This document shows positions 8,908-17,110 of a DNA stretch of 24,000 bases, one piece after another. This DNA is from Arthrobacter halodurans. Lineage in GTDB: Bacteria; Actinomycetota; Actinomycetes; Actinomycetales; Micrococcaceae. The notes below the pieces were generated by a model. The model was not told the origin of the DNA. It did no database searches and saw only the letters and a list, made by a program, of their open reading frames with translations. The position numbers and the translations under genes were made by a program. The DNA lies in contig NZ_JBHDLJ010000016.1 of NCBI RefSeq assembly GCF_041877255.1, forward strand, positions 31,789 to 55,788, read 5' to 3'. Within the stretch, counting starts at the first letter, position 1, and every line of letters starts with the position of its first letter.

Positions 8908-10266
8908 ATGCGGCGCAACGTGTTCACCCGGACCCGCCAGGCCCTGCGGTCGGAGCTGTGGCCGGTTCCGACGCTGGCCGTCGTGGCCGCGATCGCCCTG
9001 GGCGTGGCGTTGCCGCAGCTCGACGCGGCCCTCGACGGCCGGACGGCGGACTCCGTCTCCCGCTACCTCTTCGGCGGCGGGCCGGAGGCGGCCCGCTCGG
9101 TCCTCGAGTCGATCGCCGGGTCCCTCATCACCGTCACCTCCCTGACGTTCTCCCTGACCGTCGTGACGCTGCAGCTGGCGAGCAGCCAGTTCTCCCCGCG
9201 CCTGCTGCGCACCTTCACGGGCGACCGCTTCGTCCACGTGACGCTGGCCCTGTTCCTGGCCACCTTCTCCTACGCGCTGACGGTCCTGCGCACGGTGCGC
9301 ACCGCACCGGAGGCCGGGCAGGCCTTCGTCCCCGAGATCTCGGTGACGTTCGCGTTCGTCCTGGCGGTCGCGAGCGTCCTCGCGCTGGTGCTCTTCCTGG
9401 CCCACCTGACCCGGGAGATCCGCGTGGAGACCATGATGATGCGCGTCCACGCGGAGACGAATTCCGTGATGCGGCACGCCTACCCCGAGGACGCCGCGTC
9501 CGGGCCCGGGCCGGTCCCGTCGCGGCCGCCGGCCGGCACGGACACCATCGAGGCGGAGAAATCCGGCTTCCTCACCTCCGTCGACACCAGCGCGATCCGC
9601 TCGGCGGCCCGCGAGGCCGGCGCCGTCGTCGCGGTCGACCGCGGCCCCGGGTCGTCGCTGGTCCGCGGCACGCCCTTCGCCACGTTCTGGCCGGCGGACG
9701 GCCGGCTGGCGCTCGCGGCGGACGACGCAGAGCGGTTGCGGCGCGCGGTCAACGCGGCCATCGGCACCGGCCCGGAGCGGACGGCCGCCGAAGACGTCGG
9801 ATTCGGGCTGCGCCAGCTCGCGGACGTCGCCGCCAAGGCGCTCTCCCCCGGCATCAACGACCCGACGACCGCCGTCCACGCGCTGGGCCACGTCTCGGAT
9901 CTGCTGTGCCGGCTCGCGGAGCGCCGGGTCGGCCCGCTGCTGGTGGCCGACGACGACGGGGGAGGCGGCGTGCGCGTCGTCGTGTCCCGGCCCGGCTTCG
10001 CGGAACTGCTGGATCTCGGCGTCGCGCAGGCCCGGCAGTACGGGATCGACGACCCGGACGTCGCCGCCCGGATCCTGGAGCTGCTGCGCGAGGTCGCCTG
10101 GTGCGACCGCTCCGGCTCGCACACGGCGGCCCTGCGGGACCAGCTGGCGCGGACCCGCGAGGCCATGGCCGCCGCCGCGTACGGAAGCGCCGAGCGCGGC
10201 CGCCTCGAGGCGCTGGGCGGCGCCGTGGGGGACGCGTTGCGCGGCCCGGGCGCAGGCTCCGCCTAG
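8908..10266 (+). CDS. DUF2254 domain-containing membrane protein
   Basis: ATG at 8908 preceded by GAGGGAGG. The N-terminal region is typical of DUF2254 (LESIAGSLITVTSLTFSLTVVTLQLASSQFSPRLLRTF), followed by a soluble C-terminal domain. The first 561 codons of the 1013-aa track ORF are shadow sequence. 452 aa. Confidence 0.8.
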   Translation: MRRNVFTRTRQALRSELWPVPTLAVVAAIALGVALPQLDAALDGRTADSVSRYLFGGGPEAARSVLESIAGSLITVTSLTFSLTVVTLQLASSQFSPRLLRTFTGDRFVHVTLALFLATFSYALTVLRTVRTAPEAGQAFVPEISVTFAFVLAVASVLALVLFLAHLTREIRVETMMMRVHAETNSVMRHAYPEDAASGPGPVPSRPPAGTDTIEAEKSGFLTSVDTSAIRSAAREAGAVVAVDRGPGSSLVRGTPFATFWPADGRLALAADDAERLRRAVNAAIGTGPERTAAEDVGFGLRQLADVAAKALSPGINDPTTAVHALGHVSDLLCRLAERRVGPLLVADDDGGGGVRVVVSRPGFAELLDLGVAQARQYGIDDPDVAARILELLREVAWCDRSGSHTAALRDQLARTREAMAAAAYGSAERGRLEALGGAVGDALRGPGAGSA

Positions 10267-10976
10267 CCGGCAGGGTCCTCGTGACCGGCAAACTCCGCGT
10301 GGGCCGCGTCGTAGCGCACCTTGAGGGCCCCTCGCTTGATCTTGACCTCCAGGACGCGCACGTCGCGCAGCAGCGAGAGATCGCCGACGTGCGTCCCGCC
10401 GCAGGGTTCCGCGTTCACGCCCTCGATCGTCACCGTGCGCACGCCTTCGGCATCGGTGCGGCTCGTCACGGCGCCGCCGGCGGCGACGAGACCGTCGACC
10501 CGCTCCTGCAGCTGGGCCCTGACGGCCTCGCGCAGCTCCGGCGTCGCGAGTTCCCCGCGCAGCCCGGCCGGGTCGAAGTCGAGGCGGGCCTGGCCGGGGT
10601 AGTGGCTGTGCCCGGTGTGCGTCCAGCCCCGCTCCTCGCCGGCGAATCCGAGCAGGTGCCCCGCGGTGTGGAGCGCGGCGTGCAGGAGCCGCGTCGCGGG
10701 CTCGACGGCGGTGACGACCCTCGAGCCGACGCGCGCGCTCTCCGCGCCGGGCTCCGCGACCAGCGCGACGAGCCCGCCCTCCCGCCGCTCCGGCGCGACG
10801 GCGACGCCGTCGACCCGGCCCTCGTCCGACGGCTGGCCGCCGCCGCGGGGATGGAAGATGTTCGGGCTCACGGCGATCCACGGCGTCCCGTCGGCTCCGG
10901 TCCCGGCGGCGAGGACCTCGGCGGCGGTCTCGAAGAGGTACGTGTCCGCGAAATACCGGTGGTCTTGGTGGCTCAT
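10263..10976 (-). CDS. alanyl-tRNA editing protein, AlaX-M-like (Thr/Ala-tRNA synthetase second additional domain)
   Basis: 237 aa. N-terminal FHPRGGGQPSDEG, the zinc-binding HxxxH-type block HTAGHLLG and the CGGTHV motif are all present. Confidence 0.8.
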   Translation of the reverse strand: MSHQDHRYFADTYLFETAAEVLAAGTGADGTPWIAVSPNIFHPRGGGQPSDEGRVDGVAVAPERREGGLVALVAEPGAESARVGSRVVTAVEPATRLLHAALHTAGHLLGFAGEERGWTHTGHSHYPGQARLDFDPAGLRGELATPELREAVRAQLQERVDGLVAAGGAVTSRTDAEGVRTVTIEGVNAEPCGGTHVGDLSLLRDVRVLEVKIKRGALKVRYDAAHAEFAGHEDPAG

Positions 10977-10986
10977 CCCAGCGAGT

Positions 10987-11835
10987 CTAGCGACGCGCGA
11001 GGCGCTCCTTCACGTGGGCGGGCCGGTTGCTGGTGAACTCCGACACCCCGAGGTCGGCCAGGAAGTCGATGTCGTCGTCCTCATCCACGGTCCACACGCG
11101 CAGGCGGATCCCCGCCGCCAGCCAGCGCCGCGCCGTCTCCGCGTTCTGCCGCACCCACGCGATGCCCGGCCCCGCCAGCCCGGCGCGCCCGGCCTCCAGC
11201 TGGCTCACGCCGCCCTCCAGCGCACGCCGCACGATGTACGTGGCCAGCGCCCCTCCGACGGGGCCGAACTCGTCGAGGAGGTCCTCGTCGACGCCGGTCA
11301 CCAGCTGGCACAAGGCGTGGACCGGGACCTCGCGCGACAGGTGGTCGATGCTGCCGGGGTCGAAGCTCATGAGGGAGACCGTCAGCGTCCCGAGCCGCGA
11401 GGTCGCGGGGTCCCATCCGAGCCCCCGCAGTTCCTCCAGGACACGCCGCTCGAGATCGCGGCCGAACGGGCTGGGGTGCTTGAGCTCGATCGCCAGTCCC
11501 AGGTCCCGGCCGGACTCCAGCATCAGCCCGACGAGTTCCGCCAGCGTCACCAACTGCTGCGAGCGGGCGCCGAACCGCTCCGGAATCCGCGCCCCCTTCC
11601 AGGAGGACACGTCCAGCGCGCGCAACTGCCGGAGCGTGAGTTCCGCGACGTCGCCGGTTCCGGTGGAGGTCCGGTCCACCGTGTCGTCGTGGAGGCACAC
11701 GACCTCCAGGTCGCGCGTCAGGTGCACGTCGCATTCGATGCCGTCCGCGCCCTCGGCGACGGCCTGCAGGAAGGCCGCCCGGGTGTTCTCGGCGAAGGCC
11801 AGGCTGGATCCGCGGTGCGCGTAGACGGTATGCAT
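10987..11835 (-). CDS. glycerophosphodiester phosphodiesterase (GDPD family)
   Basis: 282 aa, starting at an ATG. The sequence YAHRGSSLAFAENTRAAFLQAVAEGADGIECDVHLTRDLEVVCLHDDTVDRTS is the canonical GDPD catalytic N-terminus. Confidence 0.88.
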   Translation of the reverse strand: MHTVYAHRGSSLAFAENTRAAFLQAVAEGADGIECDVHLTRDLEVVCLHDDTVDRTSTGTGDVAELTLRQLRALDVSSWKGARIPERFGARSQQLVTLAELVGLMLESGRDLGLAIELKHPSPFGRDLERRVLEELRGLGWDPATSRLGTLTVSLMSFDPGSIDHLSREVPVHALCQLVTGVDEDLLDEFGPVGGALATYIVRRALEGGVSQLEAGRAGLAGPGIAWVRQNAETARRWLAAGIRLRVWTVDEDDDIDFLADLGVSEFTSNRPAHVKERLARR

Positions 11836-11892
11836 GCCCCAAAACTACTATCGTGGACCGTCGGGGGCGCGCCGCGCGAGGGAGGACACCGG

Positions 11893-13143
11893 ATGGGCAT
11901 CACGACCGACGAAGAGCGGGCCGCGGCGCTGCGCCGCATGAAGCGCGTGGCCACCGGGCTGCTCGTGGCCATGGCCGCGGTGTTCTCGGTCGCCTTCGCG
12001 CTGCAGGACCGCTACCCGTGGCTCGAGTACGTGCGCGCCGCGGCGGAGGGCGGCATGGTGGGCGCGCTGGCCGACTGGTTCGCCGTCACCGCCCTGTTCC
12101 GGCACCCGCTGGGCCTCCGGATCCCGCACACCGCCATCATCGCCCGCAAGAAGGACCAGATCGGCGAGAGCCTCGGCGGGTTCGTCCAGGAGAACTTCCT
12201 CTCCGACGCCGTCGTGACCGAGAAGGTGGGCAACCTGCGGTTCGCCGCGGCCGCCGGCGCGTGGCTGGCGCGGCCGGCGGGCGCGGAACGCGTCGCCCGG
12301 GAGGGAGCGACCGCGATCCGCGGACTGCTCGACGTCCTCGACGACGAGGACGTCCTGCGGCTCGTCGAGTCGCTCGCGCGCCAGCACATGCTCGCCCCGC
12401 AGTGGTCCTCCACGCTGGGACGGATCCTGGAGACGGTGGTCCGCGACGGACACCACCGGCAGCTGGTGGATCTCGTGGCCGACCGCGCCGGCGCGTGGGT
12501 CGCCGCGAACCGCGAGACCGTCGTCGGGCTGGTGTCCGACCGCTCGCCCTCGTGGCTCCCCGGCATGCTCGACCACCTCGTGGGCGACCGGGTGCACCGG
12601 GAGCTGGGGAAGTTCATCGCGGCCGTGCGCGCCGATCCGGACCACGCGGTGCGCCGCAGCGTGGACGCCTGGCTCGCGGCGTTCGCGGCCGACATGCAGC
12701 GCGACCCCGACACCATCCAGAAGGTCGAGCGACTCAAGCACTCCGTCCTCGGCGATCCGCAGCTGCGCGAACTGGCGGCCACCGGCTGGTCCAGCGTGAA
12801 GGCCGCGCTGGTGGACGCCGTGGAGAACCCGGAGTCCGAGCTGCGGCGGTCGTTCGTGCGGGCCGTGGCGGACTTCGGTCGCCGGCTCAGCACGGACGAG
12901 CGCCTCGCCGGCAAGGTGGACGCCTGGATCGCCGGCGCGGCGACCTACCTGGTGCGCACCTACCGCGGGCAGATCGCGGGCGTGATCCAAGAGACCGTCG
13001 CGTTGTGGGACGGTGAGGAGACCAGCCGGAAGATCGAGCTGCAGGTCGGCCGCGACCTCCAGTTCATCCGGATCAACGGCACCGTCGTCGGCGCGCTGGC
13101 CGGCCTGGCGATCTACACGACGGCGAGCGCGCTCCTCGCGTGA
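11893..13143 (+). CDS. DUF445 domain-containing membrane-associated protein
   Basis: ATG at 11893 after GAGGGAGGA. GALADWFAVTALFRHPLGLRIPHTAIIARKKDQIGESLGGFVQENFL is the DUF445 signature region. A C-terminal TM helix is present. 416 aa. Confidence 0.8.
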   Translation: MGITTDEERAAALRRMKRVATGLLVAMAAVFSVAFALQDRYPWLEYVRAAAEGGMVGALADWFAVTALFRHPLGLRIPHTAIIARKKDQIGESLGGFVQENFLSDAVVTEKVGNLRFAAAAGAWLARPAGAERVAREGATAIRGLLDVLDDEDVLRLVESLARQHMLAPQWSSTLGRILETVVRDGHHRQLVDLVADRAGAWVAANRETVVGLVSDRSPSWLPGMLDHLVGDRVHRELGKFIAAVRADPDHAVRRSVDAWLAAFAADMQRDPDTIQKVERLKHSVLGDPQLRELAATGWSSVKAALVDAVENPESELRRSFVRAVADFGRRLSTDERLAGKVDAWIAGAATYLVRTYRGQIAGVIQETVALWDGEETSRKIELQVGRDLQFIRINGTVVGALAGLAIYTTASALLA

Positions 13144-13182
13144 GCGGCGGCACCGCGCGCGTCGTCCCCGGCCCCGCGCCCG

Positions 13183-13902
13183 CTACAGCAGGCCCCCGAC
13201 GACGTTCGCGATCCGTGGCGACGGGCTCACGCCGAACTCGGCCTTGAGCCGCTCGGAGAAGTCCTCGTACACGCGGATCATCTTGGCCTGGTCGCCCTCG
13301 GCCCGGTAGGTCTCGAGCAGGAGCCGGTGCGCGTTCTCCCGCCACGGGTCGATGTCGACGGCGCGGAGGGCGGCCTCCTTGGCCCGCTCGATCTCCCCCG
13401 CCGCGAGGCATTCCGCGGAGAGCCGTTCGAGGACGGTCAGCCGCATGCGTTCCCAGCGGTCCTGCTCCGCCAGCACCCAGTCCTCGTACCAGCCCGGCAA
13501 CAGTTCGGCGTCGCTCAGCAGCGCCAGCAGCTCGCCGCGTTCGCGGGATCCCCGGGAGACGTCCGCGGCATGGGCGCGACGGCGGATGTCGTCGGCGTCC
13601 ACCACGACGTCGGCGGACAGGGCCATCGGCTGCATCCCGCCGCCGGGGACCAGGCCGCCGGAAAGGAGCCCCGGCAGCTGGTGGTTGATGGTCCAAATGG
13701 TCTCCCGCAGGCTGCCCGTGGCCTGCTTCTCCGTGCTGTTGGGCCAGAGGAGCCCGGCCAGGAGGGCCCGCGGCTGTGGTCCCCGCAGCGCGAGGGCCGT
13801 GATCAGGCGCTGCTGCCGAAGTGTGACCTTGACGGGTTTGCGGCGGTGCAGCAGGCGCCACGTGCCGACGATCTCGACGTCCCAAGACTGTGTGTTCATC
13901 AT
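13183..13902 (-). CDS. SARP/AfsR-family transcriptional activator (OmpR-type winged helix plus BTAD domain)
   Basis: 239 aa. The N-terminus has the SARP DNA-binding pattern (VEIVGTWRLLHRRKPVKVTLRQQRLITALALRGPQPRALLAGLLWP...SLRETIWTINHQLP). The C-terminal BTAD part reads ELLPGWYEDWVLAEQDRWERMRL...IDPWRENAHRLLLETYRAEGDQAKMIRVYEDFSERLKAEFGVSPSP. Confidence 0.85.
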   Translation of the reverse strand: MMNTQSWDVEIVGTWRLLHRRKPVKVTLRQQRLITALALRGPQPRALLAGLLWPNSTEKQATGSLRETIWTINHQLPGLLSGGLVPGGGMQPMALSADVVVDADDIRRRAHAADVSRGSRERGELLALLSDAELLPGWYEDWVLAEQDRWERMRLTVLERLSAECLAAGEIERAKEAALRAVDIDPWRENAHRLLLETYRAEGDQAKMIRVYEDFSERLKAEFGVSPSPRIANVVGGLL

Positions 13903-14066
13903 TCAATGCCCCAAGCGATATCCAGCGTCGTCCTGCCAGCCGTCCGGCGCGCGCTCCCCAGGCGCCCGTGGAGGTAGAAATTTCCCGCTCATCCTTCACC
14001 ATCCAGCATTGGCAGGGACCGGACCAAAGTCAACAGTTGTGAAGGCCGTGACGCAACACGCGGGTA

Positions 14067-14110
14067 ATAACGCACGGATAACAGCCGTGTAACGGGAGAG
14101 AGGTTCAACT
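14067..14110 (+). promoter_or_regulatory. candidate SARP operator and promoter upstream of the aspartate kinase gene
   Basis: Three direct repeats ATAACG (14067), ATAACA (14078) and GTAACG (14089) sit at exact 11-bp spacing, followed by TCAACT at 14105-14110. The same layout recurs at 15574-15617. The region lies 46-89 bp upstream of the ATG at 14156, in a lower-GC divergent intergenic region. Confidence 0.55.
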
Positions 14111-14155
14111 GCAAGTGCATTGACAAGCATTAAACACGGGGACCAGGAGATAGCC

Positions 14156-15559
14156 ATGCCGTACATCGCCCACTCAAGCAGTTCCGGGCCTACGGCCCAC
14201 CCTCTCGGCGCTGCGGAGGGCACGCTTCCCCTGGGCCGGGCGAGCATCGTGGTGCAGAAGTTCGGCGGGTCGTCCGTCGCCGACGCGACGGCGATCCGGC
14301 GCGTCGCCCGGAGGGTGCTCCAGACCCACCAGTCCGGCCACCCGGTCGTCGTCGTCGTCTCCGCCATGGGCGACACCACCGACGAGCTGCTGGACCTGGC
14401 GGCGCGCGTGACCGACACGCCGAAGGCCCGCGAGCTCGACCTGCTGCTCTCCAGCGGCGAGCACGTCTCCGCTTCCCTGCTCGCCCTCGCGCTCGCGGAC
14501 CTGGGCGCGCGGGCGCGGACCTTCACGGGGGCCGACACGGGCCTGCTCACGGACGACACGCACGGCACGGCCCACGTGGTCTCCGTCGACCCGCGCCGCA
14601 TCCGGGCCGCGATCGAGCGCGGCGAGATCCCGATCGTCGCCGGATTCCAGGGGAGGTCCCGGAGGACACGCGAGGTCACCACGCTCGGCCGCGGGGGGTC
14701 CGACATCACGGCCATCGCCCTCGCCGCCGCCCTCAACGCCTCGGTGTGCGAGATCTTCACGGACGTCGACGGGGTGTTCACCGCGGATCCCCGCGTGGTC
14801 CCCACGGCCCGCAAGATCGACACGATCTCCAGCGAGGCGATGCTCGAGCTCGCGGCCTGCGGGGCCAAGATCCTGCACGTGCGCTGCGTCGAGTACGCGC
14901 GGCGCTTCGGGGTCACCCTCCACGTCCGCTCCTCGTTCACGCCGGGCGAGGGCACGGTGGTCCTTCCCGGCGCACCGGCGGTCCTGGTCGATCCGACGGG
15001 CAAGGCGCCCGAGGACGGGATCGTGTCCGCCATCGCCGTGGAGCGCTCGACGGCGAAGATCACCCTCGGCGGCGTCCCCGACGTCACCGCGGCCGCTGCC
15101 CTGCTGGCGGGCGTGGCCGCCCGGGCGAGGCTGCGGATCGACATGGTCGTCCAGCGACCCGCCGCCGGGGACGGGGACCACGCGAGCATCGCCTTCACCG
15201 TTCCCGCGGCGGACGGGCGGCACGTCATGGACGAGCTGGCCACGCGCCGGCCGGTCGCGCGCTTCCGGTCGCTGCACTACGACGACCGCGTGGGGATCCT
15301 GTCGCTCGTGGGCCACGGCATCCGCCACGACGCCGCACTCTCGTCCCGCTTCTTCCGCTCGCTCGCGGAGGCCGGTGTCAACATCGACGTAATTTCCGCA
15401 TGCGAGTCGCGCGTCAGCGTGATGGTCGATGAGGGTTCGCTGGACGTCGCCTGCGAGGCGCTGGCGCGGGCCTTCCCCGGCGGCCCGCCGAGGGACCGCC
15501 AGCCGGGACGCGCCCCGTCCCACGCGGCGGGCCGCATCCACGCGCCGGCGGCCGGTTAG
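14156..15559 (+). CDS. ask: aspartate kinase (cluster-situated paralog)
   Basis: ATG at 14156 after CCAGGAGA. Kinase core motifs are VVQKFGGSSV, VVVVSAMGDTTDELL, LLSSGEHVSASLLALAL, LGRGGSDITAIALAAAL, TDVDGVFTADPRVVP and AACGAKILHVRCVEYA. Two ACT-like regions follow. The protein also has a ~30-aa N-terminal and a ~30-aa C-terminal extension. 467 aa. Confidence 0.9.
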   Translation: MPYIAHSSSSGPTAHPLGAAEGTLPLGRASIVVQKFGGSSVADATAIRRVARRVLQTHQSGHPVVVVVSAMGDTTDELLDLAARVTDTPKARELDLLLSSGEHVSASLLALALADLGARARTFTGADTGLLTDDTHGTAHVVSVDPRRIRAAIERGEIPIVAGFQGRSRRTREVTTLGRGGSDITAIALAAALNASVCEIFTDVDGVFTADPRVVPTARKIDTISSEAMLELAACGAKILHVRCVEYARRFGVTLHVRSSFTPGEGTVVLPGAPAVLVDPTGKAPEDGIVSAIAVERSTAKITLGGVPDVTAAAALLAGVAARARLRIDMVVQRPAAGDGDHASIAFTVPAADGRHVMDELATRRPVARFRSLHYDDRVGILSLVGHGIRHDAALSSRFFRSLAEAGVNIDVISACESRVSVMVDEGSLDVACEALARAFPGGPPRDRQPGRAPSHAAGRIHAPAAG

Positions 15560-15573
15560 GCGGGCGCCCGGAA

Positions 15574-15617
15574 CCAACGCACCGATAACGCCGCAATAAC
15601 GCCGCCGTCCATCAAAT
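15574..15617 (+). promoter_or_regulatory. candidate SARP operator and promoter upstream of the transaminase-synthetase pair
   Basis: Three direct repeats CCAACG (15574), ATAACG (15585) and ATAACG (15596) sit at exact 11-bp spacing, followed by TCAAAT at 15612-15617. The offset from the third repeat is 14 nt, the same as at 14067-14110. The block AACGCAC(C/G)GATAAC is shared between the two sites. Confidence 0.55.
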
Positions 15618-15718
15618 GAAGGCTTGGCGGTCCGTCCCCGGGGAGGGGCGAACCGCTCGGCAGCTCCAGCCAGCGTCGAAGGAAGTCGGGGGAAACCCGA
15701 CGCAAGGAGGAAACCACC

Positions 15719-17110
15719 ATGACCGCACAACCCGAAGTCGCCACCCTGGCCGGCCTCACGGCCCCGGACGTCTCGGGCCCCGTGCCCGGGCCGAAGTCCG
15801 CGCAGATGCTCGCGCGGCAGGCGGCGCGCGAATCGAACGCGCGCAGCTACCCGCGGCGCCTGCCCATCGCCATCGACGAGGCGCACGGGAGCTTCGTGCG
15901 CGACGTCGACGGCAACGTCTTCATCGACTTCCTTGCCGGTGCCGGCGTGCTGTCCCTCGGGCACAACCATCCCGAACTCGTGGCCGTCGCCACGGAACAG
16001 CTCGGCAGGCTCACCCACGGGTTGGACTTCCCCACGCCGGCAAAGGAGGCGTTCACCGACGCCCAACTGTCGATGCTGCCCGCGGCCATGCGCGAACGCA
16101 CGAAGATCCACTTCTGCGGCCCGACCGGCGCCAACGCCGTCGACGCCGCGGTCAAGCTCTGCAAGACGGCCACCGGACGGGGCGACATCGTGGCGTTCCG
16201 GGGTGGCTTCCACGGGGCCAGCGCCGTCGGCATGGCCCTCACCGGGCTGGTCGAGCAGAAGGCCCCGGTCCCCAACGGCGTTCCCGGCGTGCACTTCTTC
16301 CCGTTCCCGTATGCCGCCCGCCCCCCGTTCGGCGGGACCCCGGAGGATTGCGGCCGGCTTTGCGCCGACTACTTCGAAAACGCGCTGCGGGACGACCATG
16401 GCGGGGTGGCCCTGCCCGCCGCGGTGATCCTTGAACTGGTCCAGGGCGAAGGCGGCGTCATCCCCGCCCCCGTGGAATTCGTCCAGCGCGTCAGGGCCGT
16501 GACCCGGGAGCTGGGGATTCCGCTGATCGTCGACGAGGTGCAGACCGGCTGCGGGCGCACCGGCACCTGGTTCGCGTTCGAGCAGTACGGGATCGAACCG
16601 GACGTCATCGTGGCCTCCAAGGCCCTCAGCGGCCTCGGAACACCGGTCGCGCTGATCATGTACGACAAGTCGTTGGACGTCTGGGCCCCCGGCGCGCACA
16701 CCGGAACGTTCCGCGGCAACCAGCTGGCCTTCGCCGCGGGCGCCGAGGCCGTGCGGATCTTCCGGCGCGACCGCGTGCTGGAGAACGTGCGGGAACAGGG
16801 CGAGCGCATCGGCGGGCTCTTCGGCGCCCTCCGCGACCTGCCGTGGGTCCTCGAGGTGCGCGGCCGGGGCATGATGTGGGGCATCGAACTGGTCGACCCG
16901 CTCGACGGGCAGCCCGACGGCGCGCTGGCCCGCGCGGTCCAGGACCGCCTGTTGCAGGAGGGCCTCATCCTGGAGACCGGTGGCCGCGGCGGCGGCGTGG
17001 TGCGCCTCCTGCCGCCCCTGAACTCCAGCTCCGAGGTGGTCGAGACGGCCTGCCGGCTGATCATCGACGCCGTGACGGAGCTCGGGGCGGAGCGGGCGGT
17101 CGCGCCATGA
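15719..17110 (+). CDS. ectB: diaminobutyrate--2-oxoglutarate transaminase (EctB/Dat/PvdH family, class III PLP aminotransferase)
   Basis: ATG after AAGGAGG. 463 aa. The protein is collinear with EctB along its length: SNARSYPRRLPIAI, IDFLAGAGVLSLGHNHP, HGLDFPTPAK, GPTGANAVDAAVKL, LVQGEGGV, DEVQTGCGRTG, the PLP-lysine region ASKALSG and HTGTFRGNQLAF. Confidence 0.88.
   Translation: MTAQPEVATLAGLTAPDVSGPVPGPKSAQMLARQAARESNARSYPRRLPIAIDEAHGSFVRDVDGNVFIDFLAGAGVLSLGHNHPELVAVATEQLGRLTHGLDFPTPAKEAFTDAQLSMLPAAMRERTKIHFCGPTGANAVDAAVKLCKTATGRGDIVAFRGGFHGASAVGMALTGLVEQKAPVPNGVPGVHFFPFPYAARPPFGGTPEDCGRLCADYFENALRDDHGGVALPAAVILELVQGEGGVIPAPVEFVQRVRAVTRELGIPLIVDEVQTGCGRTGTWFAFEQYGIEPDVIVASKALSGLGTPVALIMYDKSLDVWAPGAHTGTFRGNQLAFAAGAEAVRIFRRDRVLENVREQGERIGGLFGALRDLPWVLEVRGRGMMWGIELVDPLDGQPDGALARAVQDRLLQEGLILETGGRGGGVVRLLPPLNSSSEVVETACRLIIDAVTELGAERAVAP

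Noticed and set aside
14120-14125. Perfect TTGACA hexamer as a -35 element for ask, and the TTG at 14120 as the ask start codon
   Set aside because: No -10-like hexamer lies 16-19 bp downstream (the sequence there is CCAGGA, the RBS), and a transcript from it would start at or after the ATG. The ATG at 14156 with its GGAGA RBS is a better start than the TTG at 14120.
14156-17110. Reading ask plus the ectB-like gene as an ectoine (ectABC-ask) cluster
   Set aside because: No ectA (Dab acetyltransferase) or ectC (ectoine synthase) ORF is present on either strand. The transaminase is instead translationally coupled to the NRPS.
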